The notes beneath the pieces are model-generated. The model did no database searches, was not told the DNA's origin, and worked only from the letters and a program-made list of their open reading frames with translations. A program made the translations under genes and the position numbers. 64,000 bases of DNA from IMG/VR virus record IMGVR_UViG_3300027754_000035. One strand, written 5' to 3'. Below, one piece after another: positions 47,111-57,861 of the stretch. Positions within the stretch are counted from its first letter, which is position 1. The number at the start of each line of letters is the position of its first letter. The stretch is from a virus. Taxonomy: Duplodnaviria > Caudoviricetes.

Positions 47111-47707
47111 ATGACAACCGTGGTTGTTGCTCGGTACAATGAAAATATTGCGTGGACGGATTCTCTGCAACACGATGTCGTCATTTACAACAAGGGCGGC
47201 GTGCATCTAAAACAAAACAACATACAGCTTCCTAACTTTGGACGAGAAGCTGACACCATGTTGTATCATATCACTAAACAATACAATTGTTTGAGCGAAC
47301 AAACGGTGTTTCTACAAGGCGATCCATTTGATCACTGTTGGGATGTGTTGAAACTCATAGGTGACAACTTAGATTCGGATCAATTGGTGTGGTTGGGAAG
47401 TAATTGGGGACCTGTGACCAAACGTTTTGATAGTATGCCTGGAGCTTATTTACCTATATTAGATGTGTGTTATGAATTGTTTCCAAATTGCAATTTTGAC
47501 GCAAATACTAATTTTACATTTAGTGCCGGGGCGCAATACATTGTACCCAGACGTTTGATCATCAACAAGAGTCTGAATTGGTGGAATCATTGTTATGACG
47601 TATTCAAACGATATCTCAACCAACATCAATCAATGCAAAAAAGTCCAAGCCCTTGGATCTTTGAACGTATTTGGCCATTGATTTGGAACTACACCACCAA
47701 CGACTGA
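47111..47707 (+). CDS. DUF3431-like protein (putative GT)
   Basis: VVARYNE, IYNKG, LPNFGREADT, FLQGDPFDH, FSAGAQY, FERIW. Confidence 0.8.
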   Translation: MTTVVVARYNENIAWTDSLQHDVVIYNKGGVHLKQNNIQLPNFGREADTMLYHITKQYNCLSEQTVFLQGDPFDHCWDVLKLIGDNLDSDQLVWLGSNWGPVTKRFDSMPGAYLPILDVCYELFPNCNFDANTNFTFSAGAQYIVPRRLIINKSLNWWNHCYDVFKRYLNQHQSMQKSPSPWIFERIWPLIWNYTTND

Positions 47708-47718
47708 TACTTATTGCC

Positions 47719-48465
47719 ATGAGCAGAACCACCATTGTTTCACCAGTTTATTTGGGTCAACCCCATCGTATTGAATACTTCAAGACATACATGAAGTCAT
47801 GTTTGGAACAGCGTAATTTTGAAAACCTAGATTTTGTATTTTTTGTTGAGCCTGACTTTTTGGATTTTGCACCAATTGATAAACTACGTAGCTATCCAAA
47901 TGTACGTATAATGATCAATCCGTTTCGATATGGTCTACTTGTAAATCAATACATGACCATGTTTTATTGCTTTGAACGTTTGCGATTGGAGCATGTCATT
48001 TATACCGAGGATGATTGCATATTGAGCAACGACATTGATGCTGTCACTCAATTTTATATCAATAGTAAGTACTATGACAACAACACCATTCTTACGTACT
48101 TGAACAAAGATAATTTGGTGGAGCCTCCAGTTGATGATAGTGGTAAAAATATTTTGGAAGTGAAACAGAACTATCACCCAATTCATAAAGATATGGTGTA
48201 TTTTGCTACATGGGGATATTTGTGTACCGCCAAGATGTGGCGTGACTGTTTGCGTAAATGGGACCATCAATGGTGTTTTTCACATACCATTTTACCATAT
48301 ATTAAAGATGATTTCAAAACTGTTACACCAAAATTGTCGAGGTTGAACCACATTGGTGTTGACGGTGCATCTTACAATAAAGAAATCTACGACTCACATC
48401 AATTTGTTCGGTATATGCCGCAGAATTTTCAAGGAGCATTACAATATCAATTCGATGAACTATGA
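47719..48465 (+). CDS. GT-A glycosyltransferase-like protein
   Basis: FFVEP, YTEDD, TWG, RLNHIGVDG; start reassigned to 47719. Confidence 0.7.
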   Translation: MSRTTIVSPVYLGQPHRIEYFKTYMKSCLEQRNFENLDFVFFVEPDFLDFAPIDKLRSYPNVRIMINPFRYGLLVNQYMTMFYCFERLRLEHVIYTEDDCILSNDIDAVTQFYINSKYYDNNTILTYLNKDNLVEPPVDDSGKNILEVKQNYHPIHKDMVYFATWGYLCTAKMWRDCLRKWDHQWCFSHTILPYIKDDFKTVTPKLSRLNHIGVDGASYNKEIYDSHQFVRYMPQNFQGALQYQFDEL

Positions 48466-49552
48466 TTATGTCATTGTAGGATCAGGTTTATTTGGTGCAA
48501 CATTTGCTAATTTAGCTAAAAATGCCAACAAATCTTGTTTGATATTGGAAAAACGCAAGCAGATTGCGGGTAATTGCTATACCGAAAATGTGCATGGTAT
48601 TGATGTACATAACTACGGACCACACATATTTCACACATCCAACGTGGATATTTGGAATTATGTTAATAAATTTGCCAAGTTCAACAACTATGTGAATAGA
48701 CCAAAGGTTCGTTACAAAGACAAGTTGTATTCATTCCCAATCAACTTGTTTACATTGTATCAGTTGTGGGGATGTTCTACACCCGATGATGCTCGCAAAC
48801 GACTGGAAGAAGTACGAGTTAAAATTGAAAACCCAAGCAATCTGGAAGAATGGATATTGAGTCAAGTTGGTGAAGAACTGTATCACACATTTGTCTATGG
48901 GTATACCAAAAAGAAATGGGGCACCGATCCCAAAAATCTACCATCGTTCATTATTAAACGTTTACCAATACGATTGAACTTTGATGATAATTACTACAAC
49001 GACACGTATCAAGGAATTCCAAAGGGTGGTTATACACATATGGTACAAAATATGATTCGTGATATACCAATTGAGATGGATGTGAATTTCAACGATGATA
49101 TTGACTATTGGTGTAAAAAAGGAAAACACGTAATCTATACAGGAGCACTTGACGAATTTTTCTGCTACACTCTGGGCGAATTACAATATCGTAGTCTACG
49201 GTTTGAACAAGAATTACTACCCATTGATGATTTTCAAGGCAATGCTATTGTTAATTTTACCGAAGAAAGTGTGGCACACACAAGAATCGTAGAACACAAA
49301 CACTTTGATACACGCCCATCAACACACACAGTTATCACCCGTGAGTATCCTCAAATGTGGAATCGTGGATTGGAACGATACTATCCAATCAACAATGAAG
49401 TCAATAACACCAAACACGATCATTACAAACTAATGTGTCAATTGGAATACCCCAACATCATATTGGGTGGTCGATTAGCTTACTATAAATACATGGACAT
49501 GCACCAGGTCGTTGGTCAAGCTATGCATAAGTTTGCCAAGTCTGTGGCCTGA
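48455..49552 (+). CDS. glf: UDP-galactopyranose mutase
   Basis: VGSGLFG, AGNCY, YGPHIFHT, GIPKGGY, YRSL, RYYP, GRLAYYKYMDM. Confidence 0.95.
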   Translation: MNYDYVIVGSGLFGATFANLAKNANKSCLILEKRKQIAGNCYTENVHGIDVHNYGPHIFHTSNVDIWNYVNKFAKFNNYVNRPKVRYKDKLYSFPINLFTLYQLWGCSTPDDARKRLEEVRVKIENPSNLEEWILSQVGEELYHTFVYGYTKKKWGTDPKNLPSFIIKRLPIRLNFDDNYYNDTYQGIPKGGYTHMVQNMIRDIPIEMDVNFNDDIDYWCKKGKHVIYTGALDEFFCYTLGELQYRSLRFEQELLPIDDFQGNAIVNFTEESVAHTRIVEHKHFDTRPSTHTVITREYPQMWNRGLERYYPINNEVNNTKHDHYKLMCQLEYPNIILGGRLAYYKYMDMHQVVGQAMHKFAKSVA

Positions 49553-50193
49553 CGTAGCAGATTCAGTTTTTCTTGTTGATCCACACAACAAATTGCGTGA
49601 AACATCAAAGATTTGTTGTTGACTTGATTGTTGTGTATAAAAGATGTTGTGGTAAATTCCAACGGTAAAACTCCCCAGTTCAAATCGTATGTTGGATCAC
49701 CAAACAGTATTTTGTTGACAACTGTTTGGTCCATTAGTTTGGTTGTTTCAATGACTGACAATACATCTTGAAAAAATTTGCGGGTTTTGTCGCACGATTT
49801 TATAATACAAAATCCAAAGTTGCAATTACCAGGCACACCTTCACCACCTTGCCATGGTACAAGTCCAGCTGGAATTTCTCGTAAGAACAGAATGTCTTTG
49901 TCTCCCAGAATGTTTTTGATGGTTGATATTATTGGTTTGAAGAATACTATGTCGATGTCTGAGTATATGAAATATTCATTGGGTTTGCATCGATCCATTA
50001 TGCGCAATAAATATTTGGGTTTTTCCAACCAAACATCAATACCACCACCATAAAGATCCGACATATTTGGGTTACTTGAAAACTTAGGTTTATTTAATAC
50101 CAAAGAAATCAATTCAAAGTCATCTTTGATGCTTGCAAGAAAATTGTCTCTTAGTGGTATAAACGCATCATCATACATGTAACACAACTTCAT
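49516..50193 (-). CDS. nucleotide-diphospho-sugar transferase (GT77-like)
   Basis: YSDIDI DxD, CNFGF, DQTVVN, FHA. Confidence 0.75.
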   Translation of the reverse strand: MKLCYMYDDAFIPLRDNFLASIKDDFELISLVLNKPKFSSNPNMSDLYGGGIDVWLEKPKYLLRIMDRCKPNEYFIYSDIDIVFFKPIISTIKNILGDKDILFLREIPAGLVPWQGGEGVPGNCNFGFCIIKSCDKTRKFFQDVLSVIETTKLMDQTVVNKILFGDPTYDLNWGVLPLEFTTTSFIHNNQVNNKSLMFHAICCVDQQEKLNLLRQATDLANLCIA

Positions 50194-51134
50194 ATGCTAC
50201 TAAAGAAATCAACAAGTGCTTTTTTGTTTCTATCCATGATATCTAGATACATCTGTCTACGCTCTTGGTCACGACCCTTGGGTACAAAGTTGTTGAGATA
50301 GTCCGAAAATATTTGTGGTTCAATATAATAACTCTTGCGCAACGGAAAGTGATTACTGATGTTGTCTGAATCGTACCAATATGACATATCCGTCTTTTCC
50401 ACTACGGGTAAAATATGTACTAAATCTGGGTCCAGAATTTCAGTGAATGATGGAATGCCACTACACACAATTTCGGCACCAGTTGACAGTCCTTCAAACA
50501 AATAGTGTCCCCAACTTTCATACATGCTGGGACACAAATGCACGGTGTGGCTGTTCAACATCTTCTTGACCTGACGACTAATCATGTAGGTAGTTATGTA
50601 GTTGATATTGGCCGGCGCAGGATCGAATCTACATGTCAAATCAACCACAGTTATGGGATGTTTTTGCTTTACAACCAATTCTGTGTTTTTCTGAATTGCT
50701 TTACCGTTGAAGTGTAAAAACTTGTCGGTGCGTGCTACGCTTGGGTCGTAATAATCATGGCTCAATAATGGTAAGCATATAACGTCATTTCGATATCTAC
50801 CCAACAAATCTTTGGCAAATTTATTTTTACAAACCACATAATCAAACCCGTTGATGTTTTTCAAGTCATCGTTAGAACACCATTCTTCATTGATAAACCA
50901 CACGTTTTTTTTGAATTTATCCAAGAGATCATACCTAGGATTTTGAATCCATACTCCCACGTCACCATCCGTTGATGATATACCCATTTGGGGATCATTT
51001 GGATTCTGACTCAATGTATCTGTAAATTGAACACTCACATCCTCGGTGACATTGTTATAAATTAAATCTTGCAACAGTATTGCGTCATTGACAATACCAG
51101 CACGATTATTGTAGGTCAGAATTTTGAATTTCAT
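50190..51134 (-). CDS. GT4-like glycosyltransferase
   Basis: CPSMYESWGHYLFEGLSTG. Confidence 0.82.
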   Translation of the reverse strand: MKFKILTYNNRAGIVNDAILLQDLIYNNVTEDVSVQFTDTLSQNPNDPQMGISSTDGDVGVWIQNPRYDLLDKFKKNVWFINEEWCSNDDLKNINGFDYVVCKNKFAKDLLGRYRNDVICLPLLSHDYYDPSVARTDKFLHFNGKAIQKNTELVVKQKHPITVVDLTCRFDPAPANINYITTYMISRQVKKMLNSHTVHLCPSMYESWGHYLFEGLSTGAEIVCSGIPSFTEILDPDLVHILPVVEKTDMSYWYDSDNISNHFPLRKSYYIEPQIFSDYLNNFVPKGRDQERRQMYLDIMDRNKKALVDFFSSI

Positions 51135-51172
51135 AACGTCTTGGCGATATACATATATAGAGAAATAGCGTT

Positions 51173-51850
51173 ATGTTAAACCAACTGTGTGAAAAAATAT
51201 TTGTCATCACTACCGTCGATTCAGACAGAGTGGAATATATACAAAACCATCTGGATCAAAGAGGCGTCAAATTTGAATTTTACGTGGCACCATTTTATGG
51301 ACTCATCAATCCACAACACGCTTTACATAGTCCACCGCAGCGTGAATCAAGACCATCCATCAGCTTGACATGTGCTTATTATTCTATATTTGAAATGTGT
51401 AGAATTAATCGCATCAAAACTGTGGCTGTGTTGGAAGACGATTGTTTCTTACTGGAAGATTGGGATACCAAACTACAACGATTCTATAACAAGCTGCCTC
51501 CAGATTGGGATATGTTGAATTTAGGCTATCACCCAATGCATCAACATCACTCTGTGAAAGATATTGTTAATGATTTGGTTGCAAAGCCATTGGATTGGCA
51601 TCACACAGCACATCTAATGGTTGCCAGAAGCACGGCGTATAATCCTTTCAAACACATGGTTAATCATTGGAACTGGCACATTGCCAACGACTACGTATTT
51701 AACGAGTTGTATAAGCGCAAAGAAATCAAAACATACATTCCCACAGAACACATGGCATATCAATTAAGTTACAGAAAATCATTGGATGAGCTTCTACACG
51801 TCAAAAATACCTACGTAAACTTCAAGAGCCATTTATTCAATGAATTCTAA
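51173..51850 (+). CDS. GT25-like glycosyltransferase
   Basis: VLEDDC, LPPDWDMLNLG, AND. Confidence 0.75.
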   Translation: MLNQLCEKIFVITTVDSDRVEYIQNHLDQRGVKFEFYVAPFYGLINPQHALHSPPQRESRPSISLTCAYYSIFEMCRINRIKTVAVLEDDCFLLEDWDTKLQRFYNKLPPDWDMLNLGYHPMHQHHSVKDIVNDLVAKPLDWHHTAHLMVARSTAYNPFKHMVNHWNWHIANDYVFNELYKRKEIKTYIPTEHMAYQLSYRKSLDELLHVKNTYVNFKSHLFNEF

Positions 51851-52475
51851 CATAAAAATGATTGTTGATGTAAATAATATTGGTATTTACAGTTGCGCTC
51901 AGAGTAATATATCCGATGCAGTATTGGAGTGCCAACAAAAGGTTTTCAACAAATTTGGACTCGCTATTCAACAAGATATAGTAACTTTTTCTCATGGTGA
52001 ATATCTCAATTACGTCGTAAATACCACCGATAAAGAGTATGTCATCTTTTTTGATATCGATTGTATACCACTATCTGTCAATTTTTATTCAATAATTAAA
52101 GCAGATATGGAAAATGGCTTTTTAAGCGGAGCAATAGGGTGTGCCAATCATTTAGCACCAAATGAGGTGTATGTACATCCGTGCTTTATGGGATTTAGCA
52201 TGAAATTCTATAATGAATGTGGCCGACCAAACTTGGGTGCATACGGAGATTGTGATGCTGGTCAGAGGTTTACAAAATACTGTGTGCAATTAGGTAAACC
52301 AGTTAAGTATTGGGAAATTACGGATAGTGGTGATACTACATGGGCAATGGCTCCTCGAAACACACGGTTTGGACATCCCACTGTTTTTGAAAACATGATC
52401 TATCACCAATATGAGTCAAGGGTTGAACTGTATCAAGAAATGTTTATCAACAAATGTCATCAACTTCTACAGTGA
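51840..52475 (+). CDS. putative GT-A glycosyltransferase
   Basis: FFDIDCIP DxD, HPCF, CDAG, YHQY. Confidence 0.65.
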   Translation: MNSNIKMIVDVNNIGIYSCAQSNISDAVLECQQKVFNKFGLAIQQDIVTFSHGEYLNYVVNTTDKEYVIFFDIDCIPLSVNFYSIIKADMENGFLSGAIGCANHLAPNEVYVHPCFMGFSMKFYNECGRPNLGAYGDCDAGQRFTKYCVQLGKPVKYWEITDSGDTTWAMAPRNTRFGHPTVFENMIYHQYESRVELYQEMFINKCHQLLQ

Positions 52476-53070
52476 GTCTGACGTTATATCTTATGTGGTT
52501 ATATCTGTAGAACGGCATGTTCCAATCCTCGACGTATACTTTCGAAGCAAATTGATCAAACCATTCTTTTGTAAAAAAACCTATATCTGGCTTTTTGGAT
52601 ACTCGAATCATTTGATTTTGCTCAACACAGTGTGCGTTTGGAACGTCAAAAAAACAAACGTTTTTCTTGGCCAAACTCATAGCTTTTTCTACAAACAATT
52701 GGGTTTTATCTGAGTCAATGTACTGAAGTGCGCTAAAGCATATCACGGTGTCAAACTTTTTCTCAAACTGCATGTCCAAAAAATTTCCACATATGAACTC
52801 AACGTCGTGGTGTTGTTTGGTTGCAAACTCTATTTGTTCTTTTGAAAAATCAACCCCAAGTTTGTTTTGGCAGTTTAATTTACTGACTAACATACCAGTA
52901 CCGCATCCAATATCCAAAACCGAATCCGAGGCTGTGATGTTTGCAAAGTGATTAACATACGGTATTCGTAGATCGTTAAATGCCGTGTCCATAATTTCCC
53001 ATCCGTTTCGTTCAACTTCGGTGACGGTTTCTGGCTTTTGTTTGTTCCAAATATTGTACCAATCAGTCAT
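52447..53070 (-). CDS. class I SAM methyltransferase
   Basis: VLDIGCGTG, GVDFS, FDTVIC; start reassigned to 53070. Confidence 0.85.
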   Translation of the reverse strand: MTDWYNIWNKQKPETVTEVERNGWEIMDTAFNDLRIPYVNHFANITASDSVLDIGCGTGMLVSKLNCQNKLGVDFSKEQIEFATKQHHDVEFICGNFLDMQFEKKFDTVICFSALQYIDSDKTQLFVEKAMSLAKKNVCFFDVPNAHCVEQNQMIRVSKKPDIGFFTKEWFDQFASKVYVEDWNMPFYRYNHIRYNVRLTVEVDDIC

Positions 53071-53077
53071 ATACGAA

Positions 53078-53668
53078 TTATTGTTTGAACTGAAATACTC
53101 CCACCGATTCAACAATTTTTAACAATTGTATATTTGGTCCCACCACCATATCAATTAAATCAGGTCGAAATCCAACATCGTGAAATGCCCAAACACACTC
53201 GGGTTTACTCAACGAAATTATTTTTGGAAGATTGATTCTAATCTCGTTTTCATCATGGGTAGCATCACAAAATATCAATTCATATTGTTTGTCGATGATT
53301 GTGTGAAAGTTTTCGCAATGTAGGTTCACATATTGGAGTAGATTGTAGCGTGATAAGTGCTCGGTTGCTACCTCCAACACATCTTTATTTGTAGCAAATA
53401 CATACTTATTAAGCAACTCATTGTGCTGAACACCACCATGAATTTGGTTGTAAAATTCCACAAATTGTTCTTGGGTTTTGAAGTTGATATCATATGAATC
53501 AAACTCTATGTTTTTGTTGGCAATAGCGTCACATATTACCGATGTGCTTCTACCAAAAAAGAATCCTACTTCCAATATTGACCCAGTTGTTTTATTGGCT
53601 AGATCCCACAAACAATCCGCTTCTACATCTCCAAACCAACCTGGTATTTGTTGATAATATTTATTCAT
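53078..53668 (-). CDS. class I SAM methyltransferase (Methyltransf_24-like)
   Basis: PGWF, LEVGFFFGRS, IFCDATH, AFHD. Confidence 0.82.
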   Translation of the reverse strand: MNKYYQQIPGWFGDVEADCLWDLANKTTGSILEVGFFFGRSTSVICDAIANKNIEFDSYDINFKTQEQFVEFYNQIHGGVQHNELLNKYVFATNKDVLEVATEHLSRYNLLQYVNLHCENFHTIIDKQYELIFCDATHDENEIRINLPKIISLSKPECVWAFHDVGFRPDLIDMVVGPNIQLLKIVESVGVFQFKQ

Positions 53669-54246
53669 AATTCAATTTTGAATGTTTTTTTGTAAAACGT
53701 ACACGACTGCCAATCAAACACATACTCACCGATCATGTTATATGGGGGTGTTGATAAATCGACGGGTGTATAATCTCCGTCCAAGATGATACCATTGACT
53801 GATTCGGATATATCGTTTGTAAACAGACACAGTTTTTGGTTGCCGACCACACGCAGCAACTTTTGAACATTTGTTGGAAACAAGTGCTGACACACATCTT
53901 TACACAATACCAAGTCAAACTGCTTGGTTGGAACATATTCCAAAATAGAATTGCACACAAATTCAACATTGTGTTTTCCAAAATTATTTGTGTTTTGATC
54001 AATTACGCTCTGAACTATGTCGATGCCCAAATAATGGTCTATTTTATCAAAATTGAAATGTTGCATCAAATTAAAATCACCGCAACCCAAATCCAATATG
54101 GAGCGCACATTGCGTATTGCACAGAACTCTTGTATAAAGTCTAAATATGGTTTAGAACATTCGATACTGGATCCTGGCCCACTCATAGGTCCATTTCCAC
54201 GTTGCCAAGTTTTGTTTTTGTAAATTTTTTCAAATGCTTCTTTCAT
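53665..54246 (-). CDS. class I SAM methyltransferase, paralog of 58068
   Basis: SGPGS, ILDLGCGD, GIDIV, DLVLCKDVCQHL. Confidence 0.85.
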   Translation of the reverse strand: MKEAFEKIYKNKTWQRGNGPMSGPGSSIECSKPYLDFIQEFCAIRNVRSILDLGCGDFNLMQHFNFDKIDHYLGIDIVQSVIDQNTNNFGKHNVEFVCNSILEYVPTKQFDLVLCKDVCQHLFPTNVQKLLRVVGNQKLCLFTNDISESVNGIILDGDYTPVDLSTPPYNMIGEYVFDWQSCTFYKKTFKIEL

Positions 54247-54980
54247 ATATATTTTTTAGCATAATGTGCATATGTGCAGTTCGAATTACGAATCCAATTT
54301 TCATCTATGTGTTGAATATAAGGCCAGGCTACGTGTTCCCACAAATGTAATGCGTAACCGTCGGATCTGTCAACGTGGTGTTCATATATTTTAGGAAGCT
54401 GTGTGTCGTTGCAGTCTGGAATGAAAAATGCAGAACTATCCAATTTTGTGATCAAGTTAGGATGGGTTTGTGACAATAAGTCTGGAACTATCACACTGTG
54501 CTGGTCCCACTGTTGGTGGTTGAATGATCTGTATTCGTTGTACCATATCTTACCAAATTCAGACTCTTTTTCCGATAACATGATGGCATTGCACAATCCA
54601 CGATTGACTTGAGTAGCCATTACAAATTTTTCGGTGAGTAAGTCATCAAATGGTTTTAGACACAAAGTGTCGCAATCCAAATAAATACCACCCAACTCAA
54701 TCAATTTTGTCAATCGTACAATATCGGACTGATGAGCATAGTGTAATATACGATTACCAAATATTTCTGTTGGTGGCTCAACTTTTACTATTTCAACAAG
54801 ATGGCGAATACCTTCCCAGTATACATTATTTTTGGGTTCGTATTTGCAATACATGTACATCTTCTCTGGTTTTAATGTTGCATGTGCCGATCTGATAGCT
54901 ATGTTGTGAATCAAATGAAATGGTTTGCCCCCAAAATCGGGGGTCATTCCAAAAACAAAGTGGACGATTTTTGGTATCAT
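54243..54980 (-). CDS. GT32 (OCH1-like) glycosyltransferase
   Basis: IPKIVH, SDIVRL..L..LGGIYLDCD, HLW. Confidence 0.9.
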   Translation of the reverse strand: MIPKIVHFVFGMTPDFGGKPFHLIHNIAIRSAHATLKPEKMYMYCKYEPKNNVYWEGIRHLVEIVKVEPPTEIFGNRILHYAHQSDIVRLTKLIELGGIYLDCDTLCLKPFDDLLTEKFVMATQVNRGLCNAIMLSEKESEFGKIWYNEYRSFNHQQWDQHSVIVPDLLSQTHPNLITKLDSSAFFIPDCNDTQLPKIYEHHVDRSDGYALHLWEHVAWPYIQHIDENWIRNSNCTYAHYAKKYI

Positions 54981-55987
54981 AAATATTGTGTAATTTCGGT
55001 GCCTAAAATAGATTTAAGTTTGCTGCTACAAATGTTTGTAGTTCTATCAATCAAATGCAATCTGTCATTACTAACAGGATACATTTTGGCAATATACTCG
55101 GGTGCTTCTCTTCCAGCAACAACATAGTCGGCACATTCATCGTCAAGTACTGCGTCTGTTGTTACCAATGGTGCATTTTCAGCCACACGATCCACATACT
55201 TACACGATCTTACCATTTCTAAACGTTGTTCATATGGAATAATTGGTTTTGGTTTGTGGGTAATAGCATCGTCGGAATGTACGCCCACAACAACCTCATC
55301 AAAACGTTCTTTCATACGCTGAAATAAACGCACATGACCAACATGCATTAAATCATACACGCCGGATGTATATGCTACAACTTTGCGTAGAGGTCGGTTT
55401 ACATTACGAGTTACGTGTGACCAAGGAGTGTTAAGTTTTTGGCAATGTATTTCCGCAGTCATTAGATTGTCTCCATAACGATACCTTAAAAACTTTTCAA
55501 CGTGCCGGGGTGCGGGCAATGTTTTGTCGCTCAATCGTATTGTTTCCAATTCATCAATAAAAAAGTTGTGACATTCAAAATCAAAAAACTTCAAGCGGGA
55601 TTTGCAACCGATGGCATCTGCATATACCATATAAATGTCAAATCTAAGTCCCGCATTTGTTGCGTTGTTGACACGATCACGATTTTCAATCATCAATTGG
55701 TATATTTTTGACGGATCACGACCAGTACATACATTTAACCAATATTTTCCAACTTGATTGTATTCTTTTATTACATCGTCTACTTTACCAATTACCCAGT
55801 GTTCTTCCACGAACACACACAGATCTATATCGTAGTCGTGCCCAATAATTGTACCTTCTCTGAAAGCTCCTAGTAGTGTTCCAAAATCTATCCAATTTTT
55901 GACACCATTTTTGGTTAGTGCTGTGGAAATATCATGTAGAACCTCAATTGAGGCGTCCGCAATTTCGGTGGGCGTCTGTATATTCAT
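54977..55987 (-). CDS. LicD-family phosphotransferase fused to a TagD-like cytidylyltransferase
   Basis: WIDFGTLLGAFR..IIGHDYDID (LicD); GVYDLMHVGH with HxGH, GVHSD, RLEMVRSCKYVD. Confidence 0.88.
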   Translation of the reverse strand: MNIQTPTEIADASIEVLHDISTALTKNGVKNWIDFGTLLGAFREGTIIGHDYDIDLCVFVEEHWVIGKVDDVIKEYNQVGKYWLNVCTGRDPSKIYQLMIENRDRVNNATNAGLRFDIYMVYADAIGCKSRLKFFDFECHNFFIDELETIRLSDKTLPAPRHVEKFLRYRYGDNLMTAEIHCQKLNTPWSHVTRNVNRPLRKVVAYTSGVYDLMHVGHVRLFQRMKERFDEVVVGVHSDDAITHKPKPIIPYEQRLEMVRSCKYVDRVAENAPLVTTDAVLDDECADYVVAGREAPEYIAKMYPVSNDRLHLIDRTTNICSSKLKSILGTEITQYL

Positions 55988-55990
55988 AAC

Positions 55991-56002
55991 TACTTATAAG
56001 TA
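55991..56002. promoter_or_regulatory. palindromic TACTTATAAGTA, candidate bidirectional late-promoter element
   Basis: Perfect 12-bp palindrome in the 27-nt gap between divergent genes; contains TAnTTAT on both strands. Confidence 0.5.
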
Positions 56003-56014
56003 GAAAGAAATACT

Positions 56015-56626
56015 GTGCGGATTTCATTACAACATACCAAATGCGTATTATTGACCGTTGAAAAATACCGTCAACGATATTTGGAAGTAATGGAACGTAT
56101 AACGGACAAATTAACAGCTACACCTTTTTATGGATTTGATCTGCCTAGACCACACGGTTTCAATAACTCAATAATCAAGCTTTACAATTCGGTTGTGCCT
56201 CCAGTTTTAATCATTGAGGACGATGTGGACCTAACAGAACATTATATCAATGAATTTGATGTTCCTGATGATGCCGATGCCGTGTATTTGGGTACATCAT
56301 CGTGGGGAGGAAAAAATGGAATAAGTGCGTGGAAAAATATTGAATTAATTCCACATGATGATCTGCTTTTTAGAGTTGATGGTGTTGCAACCACCCACGC
56401 AATATTGTATTTATCTAACCGATATCTCGATCATATTTGCAACATCACTTTCAAACAATATCCTCAAAACACCGACCGATGTCTTGACTATTATATTGCT
56501 CAAGAACACAGTAAGTTTAACATTTATGCGTGTCGTAAACCCATGTTTTACCAAAACGACGGCGGCAATGTTTTTTTAACTAGTTATAGTTTACAACAAG
56601 TTTATCAAGATAAGTATGGCACGTAG
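56015..56626 (+). CDS. GT25-like glycosyltransferase
   Basis: IIEDDV, PDDADAVYLG, THAILY, FYQ; GTG start. Confidence 0.7.
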   Translation: MRISLQHTKCVLLTVEKYRQRYLEVMERITDKLTATPFYGFDLPRPHGFNNSIIKLYNSVVPPVLIIEDDVDLTEHYINEFDVPDDADAVYLGTSSWGGKNGISAWKNIELIPHDDLLFRVDGVATTHAILYLSNRYLDHICNITFKQYPQNTDRCLDYYIAQEHSKFNIYACRKPMFYQNDGGNVFLTSYSLQQVYQDKYGT

Positions 56627-57341
56627 AAAATTATTTACATATTGGGAGGGTCCAAAACCTGAGTTCGTAACAATGTGCGAGGAAATTATTGCGCACAGAG
56701 TTCAACACACATTTGATTATATACGCCTCACACCAGAAAATTTGTATGAGTACATACCATATGAAGAATTTCCCCCAAATTATCATCTGATCAAAGTAAT
56801 TGCTCATAAAGCAGACTACTTACGTTGTCTGTTGATGATACACCACGGTGGCATTTGGTTAGATGTAGATCAAATTCTATTGAACGATTTGTCTTGTATC
56901 GGTGAGTTGTTGAACACCCACGATTATGTATCTTATGAATGGGCACCACAATGCCCGTCAATAGGGTTTATAGCTGCCAACCCACAAAACATATTTTTTG
57001 AACAATGGCGAGATAGTATGCGTGAACAACTGTCGGCTGACTACCAATTTCCATGGGTAGGATTAAGTTATGATCTTATGTGGCCGATGTTGCAGCAGCT
57101 ATTACGAGAAGATAAACTTAAATATTATGCATTTCCAGCAACAAGTAGTTTTGCACCACTGAGTCATGAACAGTTAGATTGTTATTTTGAACCCAACAAT
57201 TGCAGCATAAATACTCAAGGATTATACTCAGTAAAATTGTACAATTCTCAATTTCCACAATGGTTCAAAAATGCATCACGACAAGAGATACTACAAAGAG
57301 ATTGTTGGATATCACATCTTTTTAGAGAGAATTTACCATAG
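56616..57341 (+). CDS. GT32 / capsular polysaccharide synthesis protein
   Basis: FTYW, ADYLRC.L...HGGIWLDVD. Confidence 0.85.
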   Translation: MARRKLFTYWEGPKPEFVTMCEEIIAHRVQHTFDYIRLTPENLYEYIPYEEFPPNYHLIKVIAHKADYLRCLLMIHHGGIWLDVDQILLNDLSCIGELLNTHDYVSYEWAPQCPSIGFIAANPQNIFFEQWRDSMREQLSADYQFPWVGLSYDLMWPMLQQLLREDKLKYYAFPATSSFAPLSHEQLDCYFEPNNCSINTQGLYSVKLYNSQFPQWFKNASRQEILQRDCWISHLFRENLP

Positions 57342-57359
57342 ATCATCATATTTATATTT

Positions 57360-57860
57360 ATGCCAAACCTTAAAGAATTGGGTGATCTAGGTGATAGAAT
57401 GATGCAAGGACTTCCTTTTGGTCAAGGAGGTGCTGTTAGTGGTACATCAAATCTGGATACATTCAGCAGCCCAGATGTTACCCAAGACCCCAGTAAATTC
57501 GGTACTTTATCCGACAAAAGTAATCTTACAGCCGCTGATACACAGGCTGCGGTTACTCCATTTGGACCTTTTACTGGTCAAAATCCATGGGACTATGTTC
57601 GTGATGTAGAACAAATTAAGTACAAAGTCACTCCAGATGAAGTTATTACTGGTATGGATTACGAAATGAAAAAGTTGGTTTTGAAAGATCGTCAGGTTGC
57701 CAGAACCAATGTGGTCAAAAATCTAAAGAAAGATCCCAAATACTATAGTAAGTTGCATATGTTGGGAGTATTTCCCGACGAAAAAGATGAGGCTTTGATG
57801 GAAGTGATGGTCACGCTCAAAGCACAAAAATACGCAATCCATAGAAGAGAATACTTCTGA
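57360..57860 (+). CDS. hypothetical protein with DUF5661-like domain
   Basis: DEVITGMDYEM...KNLKKDPKYYSKL, similar to the N-terminus of ORF 58698. Confidence 0.6.
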   Translation: MPNLKELGDLGDRMMQGLPFGQGGAVSGTSNLDTFSSPDVTQDPSKFGTLSDKSNLTAADTQAAVTPFGPFTGQNPWDYVRDVEQIKYKVTPDEVITGMDYEMKKLVLKDRQVARTNVVKNLKKDPKYYSKLHMLGVFPDEKDEALMEVMVTLKAQKYAIHRREYF

Positions 57861-57861
57861 T

